Source: Actinomycetota bacterium (GTDB taxonomy: Bacteria > Actinomycetota > UBA4738 > HRBIN12). Taken from it: DNA of 60,914 nt. Position 1 is the stretch's first letter, and every line of letters starts with the position of its first letter. Location of the stretch: NCBI GenBank assembly GCA_038211015.1, contig JBBQVZ010000001.1, positions 1-60,914 of the forward strand, read 5' to 3'. The notes below the pieces were generated by a model, which saw only the letters and a program-made list of their open reading frames with translations, did no database searches and had not been told where the DNA came from. Below, piece after piece: positions 18,655 to 28,388 of the stretch. A program made the translations under genes and the position numbers.

Positions 18655-19176
18655 ATGGGATTCACGGTCGCGAAGATCCTGGACGTCGCCGACGGCGTCC
18701 AGAAGGGCCAGTTCACCGTCGGCTCCCGAAGCGAGGTCGCGTCGCTCGACGACCTCGACCCGATCTACCAGCAGCTGCTCGACGAGCCGGTGACGGCGGT
18801 CCTCGCCGTGATGGGTCGCGACGGACGTGCGAACCTCACGCCGGTCTGGTTCGGGCGCTCGGCGGACAAGGTATTGCTGAACTTCGCCGAGCACCGGAAG
18901 AAGACCGAGTGGATCCGGGAGAACCCACAGCTCACCATCCTTCTGATGAACCCCGCGAACCCGTACCACTGGATCAGCCTGCATGTCACCGTGGAGAAGG
19001 AGGTCCGCGAGGACGACCCGAACGAGGGGCGCCTCGCGACCGAGACGATCGATGCAGCGTGGAAGAAGTACGCGGGCGCGGAACCTCCCTACGGCTTGCG
19101 CGACCCGTCGATGGATGAGCGCCGCGTCCTGTTCATCCGTCGAGTCGACCGCGTCGCGACGTTCGGCCGGCCCTAG
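18655..19176 (+). CDS. pyridoxamine 5'-phosphate oxidase-family (PPOX/F420-type) protein
   Basis: AVLAVMGRDGRANLTPVWF pattern. GGAAGGAG RBS before the ATG at 18655. Confidence 0.7.
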   Translation: MGFTVAKILDVADGVQKGQFTVGSRSEVASLDDLDPIYQQLLDEPVTAVLAVMGRDGRANLTPVWFGRSADKVLLNFAEHRKKTEWIRENPQLTILLMNPANPYHWISLHVTVEKEVREDDPNEGRLATETIDAAWKKYAGAEPPYGLRDPSMDERRVLFIRRVDRVATFGRP

Positions 19177-19225
19177 GCGTCCACGCCGGTTGCTCGCCGT
19201 GCAGTCGTCAAGCCGTGCGGTCGAT

Positions 19226-20407
19226 ATGAGCGCGTTGCCGCGCGTCGGCGTCGTGGGCGGCTCCCTCGGCGGGCTGACGGCCGCGCTCGTGCTGCGCGAT
19301 CTGGGCTGCGAGGTGGACGTCTGGGAGCGATCGACCGCCGAGCTCGAGAGCCGCGGCGCGGGGATCGTCGTCCTGGACGAGACGCTCCGCTACCTCCGCG
19401 ACCGAACCTCGATCCGCGACGACGACGTCACGATCGCCACGTCGGTGCTGCGGTACCTCGATGCCGACGGGTCCATCGCGCACGAGCGTCCGCAGCCGTA
19501 CCGCTACTCCGGCTGGCACACGATCTACCGCGCGCTCCTGAGCCGGTTCGACCATGCGCGCTACCACCTGGGCGCCGAGGCGTCGGGTTTCGAGGCGGAG
19601 GCCGATGCGGTGCAGGTCGCATTCGTGGACGGCGACTCCACCCGGGTCGAGCTGCTCGTCTGCGCGGACGGGATCGGCTCGTCGGCGCGTCGGCGACTGC
19701 TCCCCGACGTGGCGCCCGTCTACGCCGGCTACGCCGCGTGGCGGGGGACGGTGGCCGAGGAACGCATGGATCGCGCGACGCTCACCGCCCTCGCCGACGC
19801 GGTCGTCTACCAGGTGCTCCCAGGGAGCCACATCCTCGTCTACCCGATCCCTGACGTGGAGGGAGCCACCGAGCCGGGCATGCGGCTGCTGAACTTCGTG
19901 TGGTACCGGAACTACCCGGGCTCCGCGTTCGACGACCTGATGACCGATCGTGAGGGCGTTCGCCGCGACACCACGCTCCCGCCGGGAACCGTCGGCCTCG
20001 CCCACGTGGACGAGATGCGGGCGTTCGCGACGTCCCACCTGGCGCCGCCGCTCGCGGCGGTGGTGCTCGGCGCGGAAGACCCGTTCGTACAGGCGGTGTT
20101 CGACATCGAGGTGCCTCGCATGGCGTTCGACCGAACGTGTCTGATCGGCGACGCCGCATTCGCCCTGCGTCCACACGTCGCGGCGGGCACGGCGAAGGCG
20201 GCCTCCGACGGGTGGGCGCTCGCGGAGGCATTGGAGGCCGCGAGCGGCGACGTCCCAGCTGCGCTGCGAGGTTGGGAAGCGCGGCAGCTCGCCGTCGGAC
20301 GCGCCGCGCTCGAGCGATCGCGCCGGAACGGGGAGCGGTCCCAGGCGATCGGGACGTGGCGGCCGGAGGACCCGGATCTCAACTTCGGGTTGCTCGGCCC
20401 GCTCTGA
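19226..20407 (+). CDS. FAD-dependent monooxygenase (aromatic hydroxylase-like)
   Basis: VGVVGGSLGGLTAALVL Rossmann motif. DGIGSSARR and GDAAF motifs. Confidence 0.8.
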   Translation: MSALPRVGVVGGSLGGLTAALVLRDLGCEVDVWERSTAELESRGAGIVVLDETLRYLRDRTSIRDDDVTIATSVLRYLDADGSIAHERPQPYRYSGWHTIYRALLSRFDHARYHLGAEASGFEAEADAVQVAFVDGDSTRVELLVCADGIGSSARRRLLPDVAPVYAGYAAWRGTVAEERMDRATLTALADAVVYQVLPGSHILVYPIPDVEGATEPGMRLLNFVWYRNYPGSAFDDLMTDREGVRRDTTLPPGTVGLAHVDEMRAFATSHLAPPLAAVVLGAEDPFVQAVFDIEVPRMAFDRTCLIGDAAFALRPHVAAGTAKAASDGWALAEALEAASGDVPAALRGWEARQLAVGRAALERSRRNGERSQAIGTWRPEDPDLNFGLLGPL

Positions 20408-20417
20408 TGTTGTGCGC

Positions 20418-20870
20418 TTACGCGCCGGCCTCCAGGTTCGCTTTCAGCATCTTCATGCCCTTGTTCGTCGCGGGCTTGATGAACCCGCCCAGGATCAAGG
20501 GGAACATCGCGCCGGTGAATCCGGGCGGCTTCGGGAAGTCGAGCGTCCGGTCGATCCTCGTCGCGTTCCCCTGGAGCGTGAGGACGTAGGTGTTCACGAA
20601 GTCCTCACCCTTCTCCCGTCCGGTGAACTCGATCTTGCGCGAGGGCTCGAACGCGGTTACCTCGACGTCGTTGCGATGGTCCGCGTCCTTGGGCACCCAT
20701 CCGTAGGACGTGAACGTGCTCCCGAGCTGCACCGGGCCGTCGATCCCCTCGACCCGGTACGCCTTTGGCGACCAGTCCTTGTGCTTCTGGATGTCGGCGA
20801 GGTACGAGAAGACCTCGTCCGGCTTCCGGTCGATCACGATGCTCACCTGTGTCTTCGCCCTGCCGCTCAT
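20418..20870 (-). CDS. SRPBCC (START/polyketide cyclase-like) family protein
   Basis: 150 aa. The N-terminal ..IDRKPDEVFSYLADI.. segment is typical of the family. GGAGGAGG RBS. Confidence 0.7.
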   Translation of the reverse strand: MSGRAKTQVSIVIDRKPDEVFSYLADIQKHKDWSPKAYRVEGIDGPVQLGSTFTSYGWVPKDADHRNDVEVTAFEPSRKIEFTGREKGEDFVNTYVLTLQGNATRIDRTLDFPKPPGFTGAMFPLILGGFIKPATNKGMKMLKANLEAGA

Positions 20871-20952
20871 CGGAACCTCCTCCGGGGCACGACCACCATG
20901 GTCTCACCCACCCTCACGACGAACGGCGGGCGGAGGAATCGACACCCCGGAG

Positions 20953-21945
20953 TCAGTCCTGCGGCCGCGACTCCACGATCTCGGTCGGCGCGCTGTGGAC
21001 CGCGGGGATGCTGCCGAGCTTGCCCGCCTGGTAATCCTCGAAGGCCTGGCGCAGCTCGTCCTTCGTGTTCATGACGAACGGCCCCATCCATGCGACGGGC
21101 TCGCGGATCGGCCTGCCGCCGAGCAGCAGGACCTCGAGCGCGGGCGAGCGGCTCTCCTGGACCTCGGCGGCCCTGACGCTGATGGAGTCGCCGGGTCCGA
21201 ACACGGCGAGCTGACCCGTCGCGACCGCGATCTTCTCGGCGCCCACCGTTCCCGCGCCGGCGAGCACGTACGCGAGGGCGTTGAACCCGGGATCCCACGG
21301 GACCTCCAGGGTCGCGCCGGGGGAGAGCGTCGCGTGCACCATGGTCATCGGGGTGTACGTGTCGCCCGGGCCCGACTGCCCCGCGAGGTTGCCGGCGATG
21401 ACGCGAACGAGCGCGCCGGCGTCGGATGAGGCGAGCAAGACGACCTCGTTGCCGCGGAGGTCCTGATACCGCGGTGCCGCCCACTTCTCCGCCTTCGGGA
21501 GGTTCACCCACAGCTGCAAACCGTGGAAGAGACCGCCGCTCATGACCAGATGCTCCGGCGGCTTCTCGATGTGCAGGATGCCGGCGCCGGCCGTCATCCA
21601 CTGGGTGTCGCCGTTCGTGATGACCCCGCCGCCGCCGTTGGAGTCCTGGTGCTCGAAGATCCCGTCCATGATGTAGGTGACGGTCTCGAAGCCGCGATGC
21701 GGGTGCCACGGCGTGCCCTTCGGCTCGCCCGGCGCGTACTCGACCTCACCCATCTGATCCATGTGGATGAATGGATCGAGCTCGGTCAGATCGACGCCCG
21801 CGAACGCACGGCGGACGGGGAAGCCCTCTCCCTCGAAGCCTCCCGGGGCGGTGGTGACGGAACGAACCCGGCGCTGCGTCGCGGTCGGGTCGACCTGCGG
21901 AAGGCGTCGAAGCACGGTGATGTCGTCAACGGTGATGGCTGGCAT
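20953..21945 (-). CDS. pirin family protein
   Basis: GFPVRRAF, HPHRGFETVTYI and WMTAGAGILHIE motifs. AAGGAG RBS. The 626-aa ORF extension is rejected. Confidence 0.9.
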   Translation of the reverse strand: MPAITVDDITVLRRLPQVDPTATQRRVRSVTTAPGGFEGEGFPVRRAFAGVDLTELDPFIHMDQMGEVEYAPGEPKGTPWHPHRGFETVTYIMDGIFEHQDSNGGGGVITNGDTQWMTAGAGILHIEKPPEHLVMSGGLFHGLQLWVNLPKAEKWAAPRYQDLRGNEVVLLASSDAGALVRVIAGNLAGQSGPGDTYTPMTMVHATLSPGATLEVPWDPGFNALAYVLAGAGTVGAEKIAVATGQLAVFGPGDSISVRAAEVQESRSPALEVLLLGGRPIREPVAWMGPFVMNTKDELRQAFEDYQAGKLGSIPAVHSAPTEIVESRPQD

Positions 21946-21992
21946 GTGGTCGTTCTCCTTGTCGCTCCGCCTAACCGCCGGAACGGTCGCGC

Positions 21993-22985
21993 CTATTCCG
22001 TTCCCGCCGTTCCGAGCGCGGTCGCGAGACCTTTCGCGAGCATCGAGCGCGCGTCCGGCGCCGGCGCATGGCCCGCGAGCTCGAGCGCCATCAGCGCGGC
22101 TCCGGCCACCGGCGGGACCGCCAGCCGGATGAGGCGGGCATCCGGCGCTACCGGCCGCACGCAAGCTTCCAGGGCGATCACGACCTCGTCGTTGCCGCCG
22201 CTGAACATCTCGCGTGCCAACACCAGGTCGAACGCGGTGTGCTCCATGCCGAGCGTCCGCACGATGTGCACGGCCGTCGCCCCGAGCATCGCGCCCGCGC
22301 GGGCGAGCAGCTCGCGTGCGACCGCGTCGCCGCCCTCGGCCGCGGTCCGCACCAACGGGGCGAACAGGGTCGCGTCGATCCGTCTCCGGGCCGTCCCGTC
22401 CAGGAGGTCGACCACCGATGAGACGTCGGCGGCCTGGCACATGAGCGCGGTCAGCGCCGTCTGGGGTCCTCGGCCGGTGAACGCCTCGGCGACCGCCCTG
22501 ATCGCGACCTCGGACACGTCGGTCTCGCTTCCGAAGTCGCCGTACTGCCGGCCGAGGCCGAGGCTCCGGTACTCCTCGCCTTTCCGGTTCCGGCCCGCGA
22601 CCACCGAGCCGGTGCCGGCGATGACGACGACACCGAACGGCTGGTCCGTGCCGGCCCGCAACGCGGCGAACGAGTCGTTCACGATCCGGCAACGACGCCC
22701 CAGCCCGATCGCTTCGGGGATCCCCGCGAGCCGGCGCTCGTCGACCGGGAAATCCACGCCCGCCAGGGCGAAGACCGCTGCCTCGACGGCGCCCGTCTCC
22801 AGCTGCGCGGCGCTCAACGCCTCGGTGACGCATGAACGGAGCGCGCTCGCGGCCGCGGCGATCCCGTTCTGGTCCCAGTCGGAGGAATCGTCGTTGGCGC
22901 CCAACCCCAAGAGCGTGCCCGAGGCGTCCGTGAGGGCGGCGTGGCTGTGCACGCCATCGCCCTCGACGCCCAGCACGACCCCCAT
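21993..22985 (-). CDS. BadF/BadG/BcrA/BcrD-type ATPase (N-acetylglucosamine kinase-like)
   Basis: N-terminal LGVEGDG, VIAGTGSV, GDFGSE (ASKHA-fold motifs). 330 aa. Confidence 0.7.
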   Translation of the reverse strand: MGVVLGVEGDGVHSHAALTDASGTLLGLGANDDSSDWDQNGIAAAASALRSCVTEALSAAQLETGAVEAAVFALAGVDFPVDERRLAGIPEAIGLGRRCRIVNDSFAALRAGTDQPFGVVVIAGTGSVVAGRNRKGEEYRSLGLGRQYGDFGSETDVSEVAIRAVAEAFTGRGPQTALTALMCQAADVSSVVDLLDGTARRRIDATLFAPLVRTAAEGGDAVARELLARAGAMLGATAVHIVRTLGMEHTAFDLVLAREMFSGGNDEVVIALEACVRPVAPDARLIRLAVPPVAGAALMALELAGHAPAPDARSMLAKGLATALGTAGTE

Positions 22986-23014
22986 ATCGGGAACGATACG
23001 ACGCCCGGTGCGAT

Positions 23015-25408
23015 CTACGCCGACGGGAGGGCCTCCGAGATCACCCGGTCGAGGGTGCCGACCAGCACCTCCGCCTCCTCGCGGGTGATCACCAGCGGCG
23101 GACGGATCTTCAACACGTTGCCGTGCCTTCCGGTCGTACCGACCAGCACGCCGTGCTCGCGCATCGCGTTCAGGACGACGCCCGCCTCGGCGGTCGCAGG
23201 CTCGCGGGCGTCGCGGTCCCGAACGAGCTCGACTCCGATCAGCAGTCCGAGCGAGCGAACGTCGCCGATCAGCGCGTGCCGGGCCATGAGCTCGTCCAAG
23301 GCCCCTCGGATCCAGGCGCCCTGCTCCGCCGCGTTGGCCTGGATGCCCTCCTGCTCGATCACGTCGAGCACGGCGAGGGACGCCTCGCAGGCCACCGGGT
23401 TGCCGCCGAACGTGCTGAACCACTCGGTCTCCCGCGCGAATCGATCCACGATGTCCTTCCGGGTGATGACCGCGGCCACCGGGTGGCCGTTGCCCATGGG
23501 CTTGCCGAGCGTCACGACGTCGGGAACCACGCCGTGCACGTCGAACCCCCAGAGGTGCGAGCCCGGACGGCCGAACCCCGACTGGACCTCATCGGCGACG
23601 AAGAGCCCCCCGGCGTCGCGCCAGCGCCGCACCGCGTCCTGCAGGTAGTCGGCCGGCGGCCCGAAGATGCCATCGCTCGTGAATCCGGAGTCCACGATCA
23701 TCGCAGCCGGCCGAACGCCGTGCCCGGCGAGCGTGGCGATCGCCTCGTCGACGTGCTCCGCGTATCTGATCGTCCAGCCCGGTTCTTCGCGACGGTGCCG
23801 ACCTCGATACCCGTCGGGCGCCGGTACCGTCTCGACGTTCGGAGGAACGGTGGCGTCCTTCCATCCCTCTGGCGACAGGTCGGCGAGCACCGTGGTCACG
23901 CCGTGATACGCGAAGTCGGTCACCAGACCGCCGTTGCCCCCGGTGACGGTCGTGGCGAGGCGCCAGGCCAGGTCGTTCGCCTCGCTCCCGGAGTTCACGA
24001 GCATCACGGTGTCCAGCCCGTCGGGCATGGTGGCGATCAGCCGCTCCGCGAGCTCCAGCGCGGCGCCGTGGAGGTAGCGCGCGTTCGTGTTGAGCGTCGC
24101 CGCTTGTCGGGCGATCCCGTCCACCACGCGCGGATGACAGTGACCCACGACGGGGACGTTGTTGTAGCAGTCCAGGTACGCGCGCCCGTCGGCGTCGTAG
24201 AGCCACGCGCCGCGTCCGCGGACCAGATGCAGGGGCCGGTCGTACGTGAGCGGCGAGATCGCCGACCCCAGCAGACGCTCGCGACGCTCCACCAACCCGT
24301 CGAGCGAGCTGCCCGCTCGGGGCACGGGACGATCGGTCCGGATCGCGGCGTTCATCGCTTCCCTGATCCGCCGCTGGTACTCCACGACACCCATGTCGTG
24401 ATAGGCGTCGAGCATGGCCCAGACGCCGGCGTCCCATCCGGTGATGTACTCGGCGTTCTCCGGGTAGCTGCCGACGCGCCACGCGGAGATGACCGCGGTC
24501 GTCGACCACCGCGTCAGCAACAGGTCGGGCAGGACGGCGATCTCGTCGTCGAGGAACGGCGTGACCGATGCGTACCCGGCGGCGGTCGCCTCGAGCGATT
24601 CGAAATGGTCCGGCCGCTCGCCCATCACGGCTTCGACCATCGAGACGAAGTCGCAGATCAGCGCCGAATGCGCCATGTCGCCGAAGTCGATGATGCCCGA
24701 CACGTGTTGTTCAGGATCGAACAGGCAGTTGTCGGGGGTCAGGTCGTTGTGGATCACCTGCGCACGCAGGTCGCCGAAGACCGGACGCACATGCTGCTCG
24801 AATCGGTCGAGGACGCCCTCGACCACGCCGCGCCTGGCCGCGTCCGGGATGTGTCGCACCAACGGCCGGAGGTCCAACGCGTGCTTGACGTTCCAGAGCA
24901 AGGGATGTCCCGCGGAGGGATGGAAGAAGCCGCGGAGGGCTTGCCCCAGTCGCGCGCATGTGGCGCCGAACGAATGCAGCGTGTCACTGCGGAGCTCGTC
25001 GGGCTCCATGGTGCGTCCCGGCAGCAGCGTGACCAGCCGTACGATGTGGGGTCGGCCATCGGGGCCGGTCACGTTCACCTGGAGCTCGCCATCGACGGTC
25101 GCGACCAAGCGCATGACGGGGAGCGTCGGGTCGGTATGGGCGACGTGCAGCAGTGCCAGCGTTTGCATGTCGATCACACCGGGATCGTCCGCGGGATTGC
25201 CGATCTTCAACACGAACCCGCGGCCGTCCTCGGTGGTGATCTTGACGTTCTGGTCCCGCTCGCTGACGAGCGGCGATACGGCGCCGTTCACGCCGAAAGC
25301 CTCTGCCGCGATGCGCTCCGCTTCCACCGGTGTGAACGCGGGCGGCGGCGCTTCCAGCGGATCCGGCTCGCCTGCGACGCTGGTCATGTCCGCGGCGATG
25401 TCCGTCAT
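23015..25408 (-). CDS. fusion protein: aminoglycoside/hydroxylysine-kinase-like phosphotransferase + class III PLP enzyme of the phospho-lyase (ETNPPL/PHYKPL-like) type
   Basis: N-terminal half has HNDLTPDNCLF and IIDFGD. C-terminal half has YLDCYNNV..VGHCHP, DEVQSGFGR and TLGKPMGNGHP (PLP lysine). A single uninterrupted 797-aa GC3-rich ORF. Confidence 0.85.
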   Translation of the reverse strand: MTDIAADMTSVAGEPDPLEAPPPAFTPVEAERIAAEAFGVNGAVSPLVSERDQNVKITTEDGRGFVLKIGNPADDPGVIDMQTLALLHVAHTDPTLPVMRLVATVDGELQVNVTGPDGRPHIVRLVTLLPGRTMEPDELRSDTLHSFGATCARLGQALRGFFHPSAGHPLLWNVKHALDLRPLVRHIPDAARRGVVEGVLDRFEQHVRPVFGDLRAQVIHNDLTPDNCLFDPEQHVSGIIDFGDMAHSALICDFVSMVEAVMGERPDHFESLEATAAGYASVTPFLDDEIAVLPDLLLTRWSTTAVISAWRVGSYPENAEYITGWDAGVWAMLDAYHDMGVVEYQRRIREAMNAAIRTDRPVPRAGSSLDGLVERRERLLGSAISPLTYDRPLHLVRGRGAWLYDADGRAYLDCYNNVPVVGHCHPRVVDGIARQAATLNTNARYLHGAALELAERLIATMPDGLDTVMLVNSGSEANDLAWRLATTVTGGNGGLVTDFAYHGVTTVLADLSPEGWKDATVPPNVETVPAPDGYRGRHRREEPGWTIRYAEHVDEAIATLAGHGVRPAAMIVDSGFTSDGIFGPPADYLQDAVRRWRDAGGLFVADEVQSGFGRPGSHLWGFDVHGVVPDVVTLGKPMGNGHPVAAVITRKDIVDRFARETEWFSTFGGNPVACEASLAVLDVIEQEGIQANAAEQGAWIRGALDELMARHALIGDVRSLGLLIGVELVRDRDAREPATAEAGVVLNAMREHGVLVGTTGRHGNVLKIRPPLVITREEAEVLVGTLDRVISEALPSA

Positions 25409-25467
25409 GGGAGCACCACTTTAATCAACTGGGCGGGGCGGCCGAGGGGAGGGGGACGAAGACCGGA

Positions 25468-26415
25468 TCAGGACGAGGCTCTTGCGGCGGCCTTCTCTTC
25501 GTAGATCTTCGCGGTCGCGTCCAGCATCGCGAGGTAATTCATGATCCCCTCGCGAGCCTCCTTCGCCTCGTCCGACAGGTCCGTCAGCTGGTCGATCTTC
25601 CAGTGCTTGAAGAGCACCGGCAACACGACCTGGTCGTGATGGATCCGCAGGTCGTAGATGCCCGCCTTGGCCATCTGGATCGCCTTCGCCTTGAACTCGG
25701 GGATCTCGATACCGGGCATCTGGAACCCCAAGACCTGCCGGTTGATCGCCATCATCATCGCCGACGGGTCGATCTCGAGCGCGGCCTTGGCAAGCTCCCG
25801 GTAGAAGACGTAGTGCAGGTTCTCGTCGATCGCGATGCGCGCCGTCAGCTTCTCGATCAGCGGATCGTCGGTGTACTGCCCCGTGTTGCGGTGCGCGATC
25901 CTGGTCGCGAGCTCCTGCAGCGACGTGTAGACCAGCCCGTCGAGCGGATCGCCGAAGAATCCACCCTTGCCGTCCGGGTAGTAGCCGCGTGACACGGTCT
26001 CCATGCGTCCCCGCTCGAGCGCGACGGGGTCGAGGCCCCGCGTCACGGTCAGGTAGTCGCGCAACACGATCGCGTGGCGGCCCTCCTCCGCGGTCCATCG
26101 CCGGACCCACTCGCCCCAGACCCCGTCACTGCCGAACGTCTCCCACAGCGCGAGGTGGTAGTAGGGAAGGTTGTCCTCGGTGAGGAGGTTCACCTCGAGC
26201 GAGATGCGGGAGATCTCGCTCAGGTGGCTGTCGGTCGGCTCCCACGGCTCCTCCACATAGTTGCGTCCCTTCTCGTAGGGCACGTACTCGTGTGGGAACC
26301 ACTCGGTCGCCTGGGAGAGGTGTCGTTCGAGACCCTTCTCCAGAGCGGGCTCGAGCTGCGTGAGCATGTCCGCGGGAGGTACGGCGGTGTCATGGGTTTG
26401 TCGTTGATCGAGCAT
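25468..26415 (-). CDS. acyl-ACP (stearoyl-ACP-type) desaturase, soluble di-iron
   Basis: LTEDNLPYY, WTAEEGRH and DENLH di-iron motifs. GGAGGA RBS before the ATG at 26415. Confidence 0.85.
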   Translation of the reverse strand: MLDQRQTHDTAVPPADMLTQLEPALEKGLERHLSQATEWFPHEYVPYEKGRNYVEEPWEPTDSHLSEISRISLEVNLLTEDNLPYYHLALWETFGSDGVWGEWVRRWTAEEGRHAIVLRDYLTVTRGLDPVALERGRMETVSRGYYPDGKGGFFGDPLDGLVYTSLQELATRIAHRNTGQYTDDPLIEKLTARIAIDENLHYVFYRELAKAALEIDPSAMMMAINRQVLGFQMPGIEIPEFKAKAIQMAKAGIYDLRIHHDQVVLPVLFKHWKIDQLTDLSDEAKEAREGIMNYLAMLDATAKIYEEKAAARASS

Positions 26416-26534
26416 GGTTCCTCCAGCCGGCTCTCGTACGCCGGGATCGTGGCCATCCGCAGTCGCGACCGAAGGCTGGAGTCGCTCATCGCCGGACAAC
26501 GTTCGGGCGGTTCCCCTTCAGCTTACGCCACGGG

Positions 26535-28388
26535 TCAGGGGATCACCGTGAAGGCGTCGATCGAGGTCTGGGTTCCGCGGGCGGCCGGACGAGCCTCGCC
26601 CAGGACGACGATGCGCAGCTCGTGCAAGCCGAGCGCGAGCCCGTCGATCGTGCGGTCCGCCGCAGCCGGAGCGCTCGCGTAGTTGTCGACGGTCTTGAGC
26701 AGCGCTCCGTCGAGGTAGATCTCCGCCCGGCCCTGGTGGGGTCCCCGTGCCGTGTGCCAGTCGACCCCCGTCCCGTAGAACGCGAACGTCGCAGCCGTCC
26801 GGGCGAGGTCGCTCACGGCGAGATCGCCCCCCGAGGCCGCCGCGTTCTTCGCCCTGCCCCATGCGAACGCGAGCTCCGGGCTCCAGACGACCTTGCCCCC
26901 GGCCTCGATCGCGTCGACGGCGACCTGGGTGTCCGCCGCTCCCGGCGCGCCTTGCTCGCCGAGCACGCGGATCGTGATCGTGTGATCGCCGCGTGCGAGA
27001 TGGCGGAACGACCTGACCACTTTGAACGACATCGACGTCGCGTATCCGTTGAATGTCCCCTTGGCGCGGCCGTCGATCCACACCGATGCCTTGCCCTGCG
27101 TCGGCCCCATCACCGTGTACCACGTGACGGTCTTCCCCGTGAACGCGAACGACGCCGTCGCGCCTTCGACGTGGTCCATCGCGTACGACCGGCCGAACGC
27201 CTTGGTCGACGACACCGTCCGCCACGCGTAGCGGATCGCCGGGCTCGCCTGTTCCACCTCGATCGGCGCCGCGAAGTCGGCCTCGGTCGTCGTGGCGAGG
27301 TTGCCGCCGCGATCGACGATCGCCGTGACGGTACCCGCGGGGTTCACGATCGCCTGGTAGCTCTCCCCGGGAACGAGCGGGTCGACCGCCCGAAGGACCG
27401 CGACGGTCACGTTCCCCGTCCGGCAGTCGACCTCCTTCCCGGCCTTGGAGGCGCACGTGATGTCGGCCTCCACCGGGGCGCCCGAGGACGTCAGCCGCAA
27501 CGAGAGGCTCTCCGACGACACCCCTCTCACGATCTCGCTGAAGGAGACCGTGACGGGCCCGATCACGCCGGTCGGCGTCGCGATCGTCGCCAGCGGTGCC
27601 ACCGTATCGGGCGACGGGATGACGATCGGCGCGAAGTCCAGCCCGTTGAAGAAGTCCAGATCGACGCAGCCGTCGATGCCCGGCACGTCTCCGCAGTTGC
27701 TGTACTGCCAGATCTTCCAGCTGTTCCCCTGCCAGTCGTTCGCGGGGAGCATCGGCGTCGCCACGTTCCAGTGCGCGATCCACAACACGGTGTAGCCCGC
27801 GTCGGCGATGGCCGTGGTATCGGCCATGCGGTCCCTCCATCCGATCGGGCTGGTGTAGACCATGGGCTTCACACCGGTGCGGGCCGTCACCTGGCCGAGC
27901 CACTGCAGCACCCAATCGGTGAGCTGAGCCGGCGTGAGATCGCCCGCGCGCTCGAGGTCCAGCACCGGGATGATGTTCCCCGGAGCTGGCTGCGCGGTGT
28001 CGACGAAATGATCCGCCTCGGGGATGGGGTTGAACGGGTGCAGGTCGGGCCGGGCGAAGTGGTACGCGCCGAACGTGATGCCCGCGGCCATGGCCTCGGC
28101 GCGGTTCGTCGAGTAGAGCGGGTCGATGTACCCGGTTCCTTCCGACGCTTTAGCGACCGCGAATCGGATGCCCGAGGCGGCGACCTGCGTCCAGTCGATC
28201 GCGTTCTGATGATGGCTGACGTCGATCCCGGGAAGGCTGTCGAGGGGCGGAACGGGCGGCTCGAACGCGTGCCCGTGGTGCGAGGCTCGTCGCGGGGACG
28301 CCTGCGCGACGGCCGCCGTCGACGACAGCGCCGAGACGAACGCGAACGCCGTGACGGCGCCCGTGATCGCGCGGGACGCCCGTCTCAG
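26535..28388 (-). CDS. secreted GH25 muramidase with a central Ig-like region and two tandem about 110-aa C-terminal modules
   Basis: Signal-like RRASRAITGAVTAFAFVSALSSTAAVAQA. GH25 motifs IDVSHHQ..IDW, AKASEG and GAYHF. No in-frame ATG/GTG/TTG is available. Start placed at the CTG at 28388, which overlaps the upstream stop (CTGA). Confidence 0.8.
   Translation of the reverse strand: MRRASRAITGAVTAFAFVSALSSTAAVAQASPRRASHHGHAFEPPVPPLDSLPGIDVSHHQNAIDWTQVAASGIRFAVAKASEGTGYIDPLYSTNRAEAMAAGITFGAYHFARPDLHPFNPIPEADHFVDTAQPAPGNIIPVLDLERAGDLTPAQLTDWVLQWLGQVTARTGVKPMVYTSPIGWRDRMADTTAIADAGYTVLWIAHWNVATPMLPANDWQGNSWKIWQYSNCGDVPGIDGCVDLDFFNGLDFAPIVIPSPDTVAPLATIATPTGVIGPVTVSFSEIVRGVSSESLSLRLTSSGAPVEADITCASKAGKEVDCRTGNVTVAVLRAVDPLVPGESYQAIVNPAGTVTAIVDRGGNLATTTEADFAAPIEVEQASPAIRYAWRTVSSTKAFGRSYAMDHVEGATASFAFTGKTVTWYTVMGPTQGKASVWIDGRAKGTFNGYATSMSFKVVRSFRHLARGDHTITIRVLGEQGAPGAADTQVAVDAIEAGGKVVWSPELAFAWGRAKNAAASGGDLAVSDLARTAATFAFYGTGVDWHTARGPHQGRAEIYLDGALLKTVDNYASAPAAADRTIDGLALGLHELRIVVLGEARPAARGTQTSIDAFTVIP

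Noticed and set aside
23123-25504. Very long ORFs on the opposite strand of real genes. Examples are 23123-25504 (793 aa), 26622-28721 (699 aa), 46576-48039, 48047-49576, 57094-58377, 40581-42497 upstream part, and 13277-14455.
   Set aside because: These are typical stop-free mirror frames of a roughly 70% GC genome. They are Arg/Pro/Gly/Asp-rich, have low GC3 and no recognisable motifs. Each is fully covered by a well-supported gene in another frame or strand.
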